Shown piece after piece: positions 25,102 to 37,188 of a stretch of DNA of 55,640 nucleotides. A program made the position numbers and the translations under genes. The notes under the pieces were generated by a model. It was not told the origin of the DNA. It ran no database searches and saw only the letters and a list, made by a program, of their open reading frames with translations. This stretch comes from Octopus bimaculoides. Taxonomy: Eukaryota. The stretch lies in contig NC_068984.1 of the NCBI RefSeq assembly GCF_001194135.2, positions 127,771,002 to 127,826,641 on the forward strand, given 5' to 3'. Numbering within the stretch: the stretch's first letter is position 1; each line of letters starts with the position of its first letter.

Positions 25102-25160
25102 ATCATACTGATGAGGAAATGAAGGTTTTCATTATTCTGATCCAGAAAGGCGTCTATGAT
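25102..25160 (+). ncRNA. Type I hammerhead ribozyme-like motif (minimal, Penelope/retrozyme style; activity uncertain)
   Basis: Stem I ATCATA(25102-07)/TATGAT(25155-60), core CTGATGA(25108-14), stem II GGA/TCC plus the AATGAA-GGTT-TTCATT hairpin, GAAA(25145-48), and triplet GTC(25152-54). Confidence 0.6.
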
Positions 25161-25606
25161 TAACTAAGACTGGTTAGTTTCGTTGTTTTTTTTTTTCTTG
25201 TTTTGCCTTTGTGAGTTACAAGTATTGCTATCTGTTGGAGTTTTAGCACTTTAGCTGCTATTTCTGAACTTTGGTATGTGGTGAAGCAACTGTTGCTGAT
25301 CCCTTAATTATGTTTATATATATATATATATAAACTTACTGTTAACAAAAGTCAGGATGTATGGCATTCAGTTATTCCATATATGAAAAATGTGTTAAAT
25401 ACTACAAAACGTACATGAAGGACAGACACCAGGACTCTAATTCTTCCTCAGTTATCGACCGAAAATATTAATACCTAGTTTTATGCTTTCAATGATAAGA
25501 CTAGGAATTTCACATATTGGCAGCACCTGCAAGATTGTATGTATGTGCATATATGTATGACTATATATATGTATGCATGTATGTATGTATGTCATTGCTC
25601 AATCTT

Positions 25607-25965
25607 ATTTCAAGATTTCTTGCTAATAGAGAAAGAGCTGGTTTCTAACCTAGATCCAAGGCTCCTTCATTGGAATTTCAACATCAACAACAGGGTATTT
25701 TTGCTTGTATGTATGCATGTATGTATGTATGTATGTATGTATTCATGCATGTATGTATATGTGCAGATTTGTATGTTTTGCTTTATGTACATATGCTCAT
25801 GCATATAGTTGCATATCTAGACATGCTCAAATATATTTAAATGATAAACTTCAGGAAAGTTTTACAGATTTTTACAGTTCCAGTGAGGGAGTGGATATGT
25901 AGTCTTCGAATTAGCTTTCTCCTCTCTGGTTTTGAGAAGCCTAATTTCTCAAGATTGGTAGGTAG
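25607..25965 (+). mobile_element. Unclassified dispersed repeat family D
   Basis: tcaagatttcttgc.aatagagaaagagctg...tttctaac...ccatcattggaat recurs at ~39445-39770 and ~40590-40780. Confidence 0.6.
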
Positions 25966-26944
25966 GTATGTATGTATGTATGTATGTATGTATGTATGTA
26001 TGTATGTATGTGTGTATGTATGTGTGTATGTATGTATGTATGTATCATATCAGAAGAGTTATCACAAGGAAATTAGAACAATTCTTTGCTAAGTCAGCTA
26101 TCTCTTTTTTTATTCCATTAATCTCAGAATGAAGACTGAAGACATGTAAACCTTTAAATATGATTGGTTATAGGTTCTCCATATATTGTTTTCATCATGG
26201 TATTCATTTTAGCTTGATAAAATTTCCAGTAAATTTGGTATGAAATCTTCAGTAAATGCACAAGATATTGGCAATATCCTGCAGAAACTAGACCAATTTA
26301 CTTCAATAATTTAATAGAATTTCTCATTTTGGATAGTAAGTAACTGTGTAAAAAAATCAACAAAAAAAACTAATATTTTGGTGGCAATTATTGTTGAGTA
26401 GTAGCAAAGTGGCTGAGTGGATACGGAATATGAATTACCAAGTAATTAGTATGTTGGAAGTTCAAATCTACTGGAGACTTACTTTACTAAACCTGGGATG
26501 ACTTATGTGAAAGAAGAAGCTACCAGATATTTTTGGAAGATTACTTTTGTTGAGTTAACATACCATCGTGGGATATTAATTTCACATCTACATTACACTA
26601 TAATATACACAGATATATGTCCTCTGTGACACTTGAAGGTAGTGATATTACTGTTGCCATAGTGATATTATTATTGTATTAGTGATGTTATAAGTTTTAG
26701 AGAAATTGTTACTTTCATGTTATTGTCATTACTTTTGTGATAATATCATTACTTCACTGATATTAGAATTGCTTTTGTTATTTTTTGTTCCTTTAGACAT
26801 ATTAATCAGCTGACAAAAGTCATGAGAGTATTCCATTGTCTGAAGTATTGATAGAACTGGTGGACTGTACTGCAGATTTGGTAAGGATGGTAAAATATAC
26901 TGCAGTGTTTAAAGGAATGATGAACTGTTATATATTAGATTGCA

Positions 26945-27390
26945 TTCTAGTTCTACCAACACAACAGTTCTATCAACACTGCAGTACAGTCTACTGAATC
27001 TACCAAAACTATATTATTTCACCTGTTCTGCCAACATTTCACTACAGTCAACCAATTCTACCAACCTACATTATATTCCCTAAATTTTATAAACATTACA
27101 TCACAGTCTACCACCTCTGCCATCACTACATTGCATTCCACCAATTCTAACAACACTACATAACAGTCTTCTAGTTCTACCAACACTATTTTACATCCCA
27201 TTCAACCAGTTCTCTCACAACCTCAATAAAACCTACCAGTTGTACTATCACTGTATTATATTCCATTCTACCAACACTACATTACAATATTTTAGTCAAC
27301 TGGTTCTGTCTTCAGTACAATACAGTTCTTCAGGTCTGCTAGCCTTACATTACATCCCACAAGTTCTACCAGCATCACAGTAATATCCAC
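26945..27390. repeat. Degenerate ~30-bp minisatellite
   Basis: TTCTACCAAC or a one-mismatch variant at 26951, 26968, 27026, 27056, 27145, 27175, 27266 and 27364. Two spacings are exactly 30 nt. Confidence 0.7.
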
Positions 27391-28079
27391 AAGGAACATT
27401 AGTTTGAAACAACCAGAGCTGTTTATGTATTTGGAATGTATGTATACATGGTAGTAAGCTTACCAGAATAAAGAGGACAAATATAGATTTTTTGTTTACT
27501 AATGTGTGTACTAATGTGAGTAGTAAATATGGGGGCTTTATTCATGGAAATATTGCTGACAGAACCATCACGGTTGAAGATTAATGGGTAGAATGGTTTC
27601 ACAAAATTAGAGATCCTTTCAACAAGGGGCCAAAAAATTGGCTTTTATTTGGAAGGTACAAGATTTAGCAGTGTTTGTGTTTTGGCTTACTTATGAATTA
27701 GAAAGACTACTATATTTAAAGAACTACATAAAATACAGTTGATGCAAATGAAAGAGAAGATTAAGGAAGTAATACTATAAATACACAGAGCTTTATGTTA
27801 AACACAATGTATCAATATTTTGGCTGTTCAAATAATTTTCGCCAGCTTTGTCTGCATCATTTAGCGCTGACTTTTTTATGCTTGCATGGGTCAGAAGGAA
27901 TTTGTCGAGGCAGGTATTTTTGTGGTCTGATGTCCTTCGTGTGACCAACTCTCACCTGATTTCTAAAAATTTAGACTACACCACTCTGAAGTTGATACAG
28001 AACGATAATGAACTCAATACATGTAAAGACTAGGGAGAGTAGGAGTCAATAAAAATATCTCAGTGCTAGCTTATAGGAT

Positions 28080-28720
28080 AGTTGATTGTTCAACATAAGA
28101 CTAAGTTTCCCCTTCAGAAATTACCAATAACATATAACAAAGTGGAATATGTGGAGCCATCAAGAATTAATCGATTACATTGTTGCTGGTTACTTAGTTT
28201 TAGCCATAAATGGAAGATGTATAAATAGATATGGCAATAGTTGGAGTTTTTTTTATACACAGGAAACTATTCTGGCATTTTGGAATATTTAAAGAAATTA
28301 GGTGGTACAACATACAATACAAAAGGTCAAGGTTTTTGAGAATGATGAAAGCGGCCATACTCTGAGACATGTCAAATTATATAGACAAGGAGACTGAGGC
28401 AAATCATCTTGATATCATTGTTAAAGAACACTAGGCAAAGAATATCTCCTAATCGATGTGTCAGTTTTAATGGAAGATACTATATCTAAATGGAGAAAGT
28501 AACCAAATATAAAAAAAGCCTGAAGATAAAAATATCCAAAATGGAGGGATTGAAAACATAAACAATCCTTACAATAATAAGTGCCTTGGGAATGATAAAA
28601 AAGAAATGCAGAGAAGTATTATTTGGAATCGAAATACAAAGACTTACACAAATATAGAAGATACAGAAAATAGCACGATTTAGAAGCTGTAGATATATAA
28701 TTTTCAGTATAATAGGAAAA
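28080..28720 (+). mobile_element. Decayed non-LTR retrotransposon 3' region with restriction-like endonuclease (R4/Dong-like)
   Basis: Frame-broken peptides QELIDYIVAGYLVLA (CCHC-knuckle-like ETIDHIVAGC), LDIIVK..LLIDVSV (PD..D core) and KVTKYKKSLKIKISKMEGLKT*TILTIISALGMIKK. Confidence 0.7.
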
Positions 28721-29367
28721 ATACACTGCACACATAACTGGACTTGGTTCTGAAGGGAAAGCTTGAAATATGTTGTGGAAGGATTCTGATCACCCATCAA
28801 GTGACTAAAGGTGGACTGACTTTTTGTTATAAACTAAAGAACTATAAGTGATTGGTAGTTCATGTTGGTAAGCAGTTCGCTGTGAGCCTTTGATATAGAG
28901 TGTTCAGTCTCATGTAATAGTAATGTGTCATGTATATACTTTCTTTTCTCCTGCTTTGTTATATTATATATCCAATACAAGGATATAAAAAATTAACAAT
29001 AAAATTAGTGAAATGATGATGGTGGTGTTGGCGGCTATGATGATGATACATTCATTTATTTGCCACAAGGGTCCTAAATTCATATAACAACTTGTTACTA
29101 AAAAGGCTTATGGGATGTGTTGGGACATAGTTATACAAAAACATAGTATGGGTTAAAAATGTTATCCCATATGTTATAAAAAATATTATGACGTCTTAAA
29201 AATTAGTGAATAAAAACACAGATAAATTACACAAATAAGTGAATAAATAAGTATATAAATATATGAGTTATTAGGAAGCTTACTTTGCAACCATTTGGTT
29301 TTGGTTTCAGTCCCTCTTTGCAGCATCTTGGACAAATGTCATCTACTATATAATAATAATAATAATT

Positions 29368-29520
29368 TCTGATTTAGGTACAAGGCCAGAAATTTTGAGG
29401 TGAGAGAATTAGGCGATATCATTGACTCAATACTTGACTGTTGATTTATTTTTATCAATTGCCTGGAGGTATGAAAAGCAATGTTGATGCGATTTTAATG
29501 CAGAACATAAAGAGCCAGAA
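29368..29520 (-). mobile_element. SINE family B copy
   Basis: aggtacaaggccagaaattttgagg...gcaatgttgatgcg; the (TAA)n flank corresponds to the family B (TTA)n tail. Confidence 0.7.
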
Positions 29521-29544
29521 TATGATAATAATAATAATAATGAT

Positions 29545-29900
29545 GTGGTGGCGCAATGGCCCAGTGGTTAGGGCAATGGACTCGTGGTCGGAGGATCGCG
29601 GTTTCGATTCCCAGACCGGGCGTTGTGAGTGTTTATTGAGCAAAAACACCTAAACTCCACGAGGCTCTGGCAGGGGGTGGTGGCGACCCCTGTTGTACTC
29701 TTTCGCCTCAACTTTCTCTCACTCTTACTTCCTGTTTCTTGAGTAACGCTGCGATGGACTGGCGTCCCATCCAACTGGGAGGAACATATACGCCATAGAA
29801 ACCGAGAAACCGGGCCTATGAGCCTGGCTAGGCTTTGAAAGGGCGATGAAAAAACGAAAACGAATAATAATGATAATAATAAAAATAATAATAATAATAA
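29545..29900 (+). mobile_element. Young full-length tRNA-derived SINE (middle M1 + tail X)
   Basis: A box TGGCCCAGTGG, B box GGTTTCGATTCC, many retained CpGs, and (AAT)n on both sides. Confidence 0.9.
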
Positions 29901-29914
29901 TGGACAACATATGA

Positions 29915-30160
29915 GCATTCAGCTTCCGCTGAACGAGCTGCACAAATGATTTATTTATAGTGACCAAATGTGCATGTTGCACATTAGCTCACTCGCTGCA
30001 TCAAACCATTGTTGTCTGAACAGGTGCATGGTGTGTCATGCGTCAGGTGTCAAAGTGATCACAGAGCAACGTGAGATGAAGTGTTTTGCTCAAGAACGCA
30101 ACACACCACCCAGTCTAAGAATTGAAACCATGATCTAGCAATCGTGAGTGTAGCACAAGG
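29915..30160 (-). mobile_element. tRNA-derived SINE (M2-related middle, another tail type)
   Basis: gagcaacgtgagatgaagtgttttgctcaagaacgcaacac...gaattgaaaccatgatc is the reverse complement of the shared head. Confidence 0.75.
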
Positions 30161-30352
30161 TCAGCAAGTTTGAGGGAGGGGGTAAGTCAATTACAGTGAC
30201 CCCCAGTACTCAACTGGTGCTTATTTTATCAGCCCTGAAAGGATGAAGAGTAAAGTCGACCTCAGTGGAATTTGAACTCAGAATGTAAAGACGGATAAAA
30301 TGCCAAAAAAGCATTTTGTCCAGCATGTTAACAATTCTGTCAGTTTGCCGCC
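30155..30352 (-). mobile_element. SINE family B, near full-length
   Basis: gcacaaggtcagcaagtttgaggg...aaagtcgacctcagtggaatttgaactcagaa...acaattctgtcagtttgccgcc. Confidence 0.85.
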
Positions 30353-30354
30353 TC

Positions 30355-30510
30355 GATAATGATATTGATGATGATGATGATGATGATGATGATGAGGAGG
30401 AGGAGGAGGAGGAGGAGATAACAACGACGATGACGACAGCAACACCAACAATAATAATAAAAATAGTAATAATCATAATAATCAACAACAGCAACAACAA
30501 TAATAATATC
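30355..30510. repeat. Compound trinucleotide microsatellite (GAT)n(GAG)n(ACA/ACG)n(AAT)n
   Basis: Directly visible; it explains the low-complexity ORFs in the track. Confidence 0.95.
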
Positions 30511-30684
30511 CATGACTTTGTTGGCAATAGTCTAACATATAATAATGAAACATGTGTGGTTGTAGATATAAAATAAATGGGGATGCAAGAAGGGCAAAAA
30601 ATGTATTATAATAATAGGGTTGGGTTTAAAAGTTTGATACAATATATAAAAAATATATATAAATGAAGGAAATATATAAATGTA

Positions 30685-30960
30685 CCAGTGCCATGTAAAA
30701 ACAAAAAACCATGCCGGTGCCACATATAAAGCCATGCAAGAGCAGTGGTGTTGGTGCCATGTAAAAAAAGCACCCAGTACACTCTGTGAAGTGGTTGGCA
30801 TTAGGAAAGGAATCCAGTCACAGAAACCACGCAGACAATTGGAGCCTGGTGCAGCTCTCTGGCTGGCCACCTCCTGTCAAACCATCCAACCCATGCCAGC
30901 ATGGAAAACAGACATTAAATGATGATGATGATGACGACGATGACGACGGCGATGATGATA
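30685..30960 (+). mobile_element. Family C repeat with (GAT)n tail
   Basis: gccatgtaaaaaagcacccagtacactctgtgaagtggttggcattagg...catgccagcatggaaaacagacattaaatgatgatg. Confidence 0.85.
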
Positions 30961-31957
30961 ATAATAACTGCAAATAAGATTTTCAGAATCTGCCATCTTT
31001 TGGTAAACAAAGTAGGAGCATGTAGCCATTGACAATGCAACTTGTAGTTTACCGAGTCTCCATTAGGTTTGATGTATAGCTGGCGGCATTGATAGTGGAA
31101 ACAGTTTGGCAAATATAGAAATTAATTAATAAAGTAATTAATTGGTTATCTTTACGATGGGATGGAGTGTCTTCCAGAATTTTTCCTTTTAATTTACTCA
31201 AAGTAGAGCCATGTCGCATTTTATTTTGTAGGCTGTAAAATTAGATTTATAAACAACAAAAACATCAACAGCATTGCCAACACATCTAGCACCACCACGA
31301 ACTACCACCACTGCCACCACCACAACCAGAGCCACAACCACAACCACCATCGCTGCCAACACCACCACCACTTCCGCCACAGCCACCACCACCACCACTA
31401 TAAATACAATAATGGACATACAGAATGGTTATTGATCAGTTGATGTTGTGCCATTTTGGGGGATATTTCTATTGTAGAAGCTTCACAGTATGCAAATTCT
31501 GCTCATTTTATGCACCACATTATATCGTATAGAATGTAGCATGATGTGGAAAGTAAACTTATTATCATCGCTTAGTCCCAGGCAGACTGTGGAAGAGCAG
31601 ACCAATGATCATATGCATGCCAGTCATGACCATCTAATGTGTCCTTTTTTTATGAAGGCAAAGTGGAATTTAAAGGAATATAGCTGTTATATCTAGCTGG
31701 TCAAGTAACCACATAGAGACTTTCCTATCGACTTAGGTAAAATACTGTACACTATATTAGATAATAGTGTACAACCAATGGTTGTTAAATTCTAGATTAG
31801 ACTTGATCCAGAAGATCAAAAGCATTTCAACGATGACCACTTTGCCTTTTCAAACAAAGTATCTTGGTCTACTCTTTCCTTCTTTATAGACAAAGAAACA
31901 CTGCGTTTGAGGAAAATTTAGCACCTATCTCTAGCAGGTCAAATAACTGTGTGGAGG

Positions 31958-32300
31958 AGTTGTTCTCAACCATTTTTTACCTATGGACCCTTTCAATTAC
32001 TATTTCATTGTGGTGGGCCCCCATAGCAATTTCATGTTTAAAACTAATTTTATAGATACTCCTTTAAGAATTCCTATTTTGTTATTCACACATTCACTTG
32101 TATATTGTTGAACTATGTAAAATGTTAGAGAAAGAAACCTAGCTGGGTTTTTTTTGCAATACCTAGGTTTAAATCAAAACTTTCCATGGACCCTTAAAAT
32201 ACTACTGTGAATCTTTAATTTATTATTCTGCTAGCATGGACTGNNNNNNNNNNNNNNNNCCCCCAAATTTTATATGGACCCCCAAAGGTCATATGAGTCC
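31958..32300 (-). mobile_element. hAT MITE, same family as 23213-23556 but opposite orientation
   Basis: gttgttctcaaccattttttacctatggaccc...tatatggacccccaaaggtcatatg, collinear in reverse with 23213-23556. It contains a 16-N gap. Confidence 0.75.
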
Positions 32301-32331
32301 TAGAGGATCTCTCTCTTTGGTTTGCTTACAG

Positions 32332-32611
32332 CAGGGGTTTTCAAACTGTGGTCTGCAAGGACAAGACAGGGGGTCCGTGGACAGCAACTACTTTTTATGA
32401 GCAATTTGATCTTATATATGTTTTTTAATCGAAATCTTTTAATTGACAATAAACCTATTTTGTTAAATACTGTTAAATAAATAAATGTAAAAATATATGT
32501 TATTTTAAGCAAATGTTTATGTATAAATTTCATAAGCATTTATAAGGAGGTCCCTAAGGTAAAGCCTGAAATATAAAGGGGTCTGCAAGTCAAAAAGTTT
32601 GAAAACCCCTG
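32332..32611. mobile_element. hAT (Buster/Charlie-type) MITE, 280 bp
   Basis: Perfect 16-bp TIRs CAGGGGTTTTCAAACT / AGTTTGAAAACCCCTG. Perfect 8-bp TSD GCTTACAG at 32324-32331 and 32612-32619. Confidence 0.95.
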
Positions 32612-32779
32612 GCTTACAGCATGCTAAGTCTAATGCACAGCTTTTGCAGTAAATGTTAGCCGTTGTATATAGAGTGAGTAATGCAACATGATGATAGCAT
32701 GCAGCACTTCATTTAAATTGTTGCATGCAATATGTATTTTACATCACATAAAGTGCAGTGTTTAGGGTGCAGCGAGACA

Positions 32780-32985
32780 TCAGATATCTTGGTCCTTTGT
32801 CATTTCATCTGAAAGGTTCAGTATCCTCAGGTCATCCTTCAGTACTTCGTCCCGTGTCTTCTTGGATCTCCCTCTTCCATGTATTCCACCTACTTTGAGA
32901 GATTGGCACTTCTTTTTGGAACTGTCAGCTTCCATCCCCATTGCATGACCAAACCAGTGCAGTCTTCTCTCTTGCACACTGCATA
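32780..32985 (-). mobile_element. RTE-like LINE ORF C-terminal fragment
   Basis: QERRLHWFGHAMGM...VGGIHGRGRSKKTRDEVLKDDLRILNL matches the RRLRWFGHV.RM...GRGRP.KTW motif at the end of RTE-type ORFs. Confidence 0.8.
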
Positions 32986-33439
32986 GTGTAGAAATAAGTT
33001 GTAGCGTGTAGTATGGAAGATGTTAATAATGAAGGAACTTCTACATGGTGGTTTGACTAGCTAAAAATAGTTGACAAATCTCCTTGAAATCAAACCTTCC
33101 TTTGCAGTTCAATTTCCTGTCCTTCTGTGTTTGTTCAATGTACTGTGTATGCACTCTTGACTTTCATTGCTGTCTTTCTTTACATGACTTACTACTACTT
33201 TCTGTCCCATATTTTACCATAATATGATAAATTTACAAATACTTCAGAAGAAATATATAAATCAGCTTGAACCATAGCAATGACCTCATCAAGATCAGCA
33301 ATGATGGAGGGGGAAAGTTATTTCCCTTCTCAATGTCACATGATTGTCCAGAATGCATTTAAAAATAACACTTCACTCTTGAAAATATACTCTGTAAACA
33401 CGATAGAACTCCTCACCACCACCACACCTCCTACTACAA

Positions 33440-34340
33440 AAATCTAAAATTCCTGTAGTATAACATTAACAACATTACAGACATGCTTTTGGAACTAAAA
33501 TAGTTTATAATCATACATGACATTCATGTAGAGATAATTCAAAAAACGTTCTTACTAGTTGAACACTGAGCTCCTTCTATTCCAGCTTAGACACAAATTG
33601 GACAAGACAGATCCTTTCATAATGGTGGTAGTTTGATTACTTATAAAAAATTCTGCATCCAACAAATGACAATTTGCAAAGTAATGGGAAATGACAATAC
33701 ACTAGAAATGCAAGCTTTCTGGATAAGAAACCAGAAAAACAAAATGCATTAATATAAATGTATGTGCATGCACACATACATGTATGTACAATGCTAAAAT
33801 CCTCTCCAACATTACACACATCAGTTAGACACTTTAATCAAATAACACCATTGCGAAAACTTCGATGCACTAAACACCTGGTTTTCAAATGACACAAATA
33901 ATAAAAGAGTTAGAATAATAGCGTCTGAAGTAAACTCCCTTTACATCCTAAACGGTCCACACTAATGAGCATCATACTTACAACAACAATTTTTCTTCAG
34001 GCCTCCATAAAAAAACAATACACATAAAAAGAGAACGTTGCAAACATTTGTCTCTAACAGAAACCACAAAAAACAACAGGAAAACACTTTAAAGAGTAAT
34101 TTACATCATCGACAACTATAAGAATGGTTACTTTACACTCCTTCTCAATAGGGAAAACTTTAATATACCCACACTACAATTCCAAGAAACTGCTCTCTCT
34201 TATCAGGCATTTCTTGAATATCAACCATCAAAAACTACACAAGGTTGGAATATAAGATGAAAAATTACACCTTTTACTTCGATCTTAATTTTGACTCTTT
34301 CCATCCTTCAGATAACCAAAGCAAATGGTCTTTAAGGCCT
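33440..34340 (+). mobile_element. Decayed LINE ORF2, apurinic-endonuclease region (clade uncertain)
   Basis: Frame-broken peptides KFL*YNINNI, HDIHVEIIQKTFL..APSIPA*TQIGQDR, NFDALNTWFSNDTN and NSLYILN resemble the APE motifs WNING, IQET..P.I..DR, GDFNA and L..LN. Confidence 0.5.
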
Positions 34341-35253
34341 GACAAAATCTTAAATAAACACCTAGGGCCCTAAGGAATTAATTCACTCATTGGCTACTCA
34401 TACAACTTGTACCAATACTGTTACATGTACAGAAATCTGTCCAAAAGACACAAAGAGAACAATACCCTTTACACAAAAGAAATAGCACTCTTGTTCCATG
34501 ATGCATGGAAGGTCCTGATTTGATGGGAACCTGCAAAACCAAGAACTGCCTCAATAACTTCTGACACAAAGAAAATGGAAAGAACAAGAATCTGTTAGAC
34601 ATAATCACACATAACAGAAGGATTTAGACAATCCATTCTCTAAAGTGAGCTGAAACACTAAGAGGAGTTTGTGTTGTATTGATTGATGATTATGTAGAAT
34701 ATACGATATGTGAGCTATACCATTGATTTGAAAATGTCTCCAATAGAGAATGTACTGTGGCTTGTAAAATTATTTTTTAGATTGTATGTTATATTCACTG
34801 GTATAATTTTTATATTTTTGTTCATATTATTTTTATCATTCAAACTTTTTTTCATATTGGCTTTTGTCAGCCAAATTTCATCTGACCCATGTGAGTATGA
34901 AAAAGAGGACGTTAAAACGATGATGATCTGTTAATTACAACATCATTGATTACAGGTTCTCTATGGACTAACCACTGCTTCATAGTATTTCTGAGGGTGA
35001 GAGTGTCACAAAAGTGTCTAACTTAATGCAGAACTAATATCTCAAGGGTGTTCATTAGTAAAGTACCAGACTATGCCTTCTTAACAATGTTTATATCCTC
35101 TCTCTATCATATTTCACACACAGAACACTGGATAAACTTAGGCCTTGGTAGAACATGTTTATCCAAAACATCACACTGTGAGATCAAACTTAGAAACACA
35201 TGAACTAAATAACCATGCATCCATATCTGTACAAAGCCATGCCTGAACCCATA

Positions 35254-35352
35254 ACGACTCAGCTAAGTCTGTATCTGTGACCACTCAGCTATGTCTTTAT
35301 TTGTAACCACTCAGCTATGTCTGTATTTGTAACCACTCAGCTATATCTGTAC
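35254..35352. repeat. 26-bp tandem repeat, ~4 copies
   Basis: Unit ACCACTCAGCTATGTCTGTATTTGTA, with starts at 35254, 35280, 35306 and 35332. Confidence 0.9.
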
Positions 35353-35392
35353 CTTCTATGAATTTTTTTATGCACAGATACATCTTTTCTTT

Positions 35393-35620
35393 TAACTGTT
35401 TCAATCGTAAAACTATTGCCATGCTGGGACACCACCTTGAAGCATTTAGTCATGTGGATCGATGAACTATTTTGAGTTCCCATCTACCAAATCCACTCAG
35501 AATGCTTTGGTTGGATTGAGACTATTGTAGAAGACACTTGCCTAGGGTGTCACACAGTGAGACTGAACCCAGAACGATGTGACTGGGAAGCAAACTTCTT
35601 ACCACACAGCCATGCCTGCA
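35393..35620 (-). mobile_element. SINE family A copy with internal deletion
   Basis: gccatgctggg...ccatctaccaaatccactc...gaagacacttgcc...ttaccacacagccatgcctgc. Confidence 0.8.
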
Positions 35621-36438
35621 CATGTTAGGCACCTACATAGGAAGTGTTCTAAATGCCTTTCCCAGGGGACTTGACATCATAGATCTGCTACCAATTCCAA
35701 AACAGAATGAAGAATTCTGGTGCCTAGTAAAATGTCTAGAATTACAATGAAAGATCACAACACAGAACTATGTTTAACATGTTTCTCACTTCACATCTTG
35801 GTTCCTACAAAATAGTGTTCTTAAACATATTGAAAATCAAATTTTTTTTTATCTTCCTCTTTCTTATTATTTCTGAAGAAGATTTAGTATAATAAGTAAA
35901 ATTTATTTTGCCTGTTATTACTTTAAAATATTTAAACTAGATTATCTAAAAAAAAATTTATTTGATTACATAGCTAATGAGAACTAAACCTCTCCAGTCA
36001 TCAGCAGTTTTAAGAGTAGGAAATTTTGTTAGCTCTAACATTTGAAGAATTTCTCCAGCAATGAAAGCTATTTAGCAATTGAAAAATTCACCTTCCAAAA
36101 ACAAAAACCAATTCAGCATGTCAAATCTGATTTAGCATTCCAACCCCACACTCTAACAAGACAAAAAAAAAGGGGGGGGGGGTAAAAATGGATTAAGAGT
36201 TTATTTTGTCATTTCTGTTCAAGAAGTGAGTTTGAGTGTAACAAGTATTTACTTAACAATGTGTTAAAGTTACCAAGTTGAAATATTTGGTTGATTAAAT
36301 TTTCCTTCAGTCATTTCTTTGAAATGAAAGTGAAAAAAAAAATTATTGATTCACTGAAGTTTCCTATAAACCATTTTACATTGCGTATTCAACTCATCTA
36401 GATTACTCATGCATAATATATTTCTATCTATCTCTATA

Positions 36439-36482
<44 letters not shown>

Positions 36483-37024
36483 ATATGTGTGTGTGTATAA
36501 ATACACACACATCATTTTTTCTTTTATTTATGACAGTAAAAGAGTAATGTGAAATATCTAGCAAGAAGACAAGTTGGCATTAATAAAAATGTTAAACTAA
36601 ACTAAAAATAGAATTTGAGCAAAATTCCTTAACTGACATTTAAGTGTAGATTTTAAACATTATTTTATGCTGTAATAAAACTAAAACATGATTTGAATTT
36701 CATCAATGATATGGCATGGCATGGTAACTTGTATGTTATCACACACCATAGTTCTTGTCAATGTTGTTTGAGAAAATTTGCCTATGGAAGATTGCCAACT
36801 GGATTTTACTGCAGGACAATTTCATCACCACCACCATCACCATTATCATAATTTAATGTCCATTTTCCATGTTCAAAGGTGATATTTCACCATGACCAGA
36901 CACGTCTCAATGAAGAATGACATTTGCATGATGGTGACATTCACTTAAAACTATTACATGATGCCACAGCAAAGAGACAGTAACACACACACACACACTA
37001 ACACATACATATCATCAGCATTAT

Positions 37025-37188
37025 CATAGGCTTCTTCCAGTTTCCATCTACCAAGTCCACCTGCAAGGTCGACTTTGCTTTTCGTCCTTTCAGGGTTGAT
37101 AAATTAAGTACCAGTTGCATACTGGGGTTGATCTAATTGATTGGTCCCCTCCCACAAAGTTTCGAGCTTTGTACCTAGAGTAGAAAAG
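37025..37188. mobile_element. Family A fragment (-) fused to a family B 3' part (+)
   Basis: ggcttcttccagtttccatctaccaagtccac is followed directly by aaggtcgactttgcttttcgtcc. Confidence 0.7.

Noticed and set aside
29545-29625. tRNA gene (also at 4322, 41331, 47791 and 50150-50207)
   Set aside because: The A/B boxes run on into shared SINE bodies; I see no complete cloverleaf or Pol III terminator.
30210-31419. Poly-Asp/Glu, poly-Ser and poly-Val ORFs
   Set aside because: They are trinucleotide microsatellite translations with no splice or domain support.
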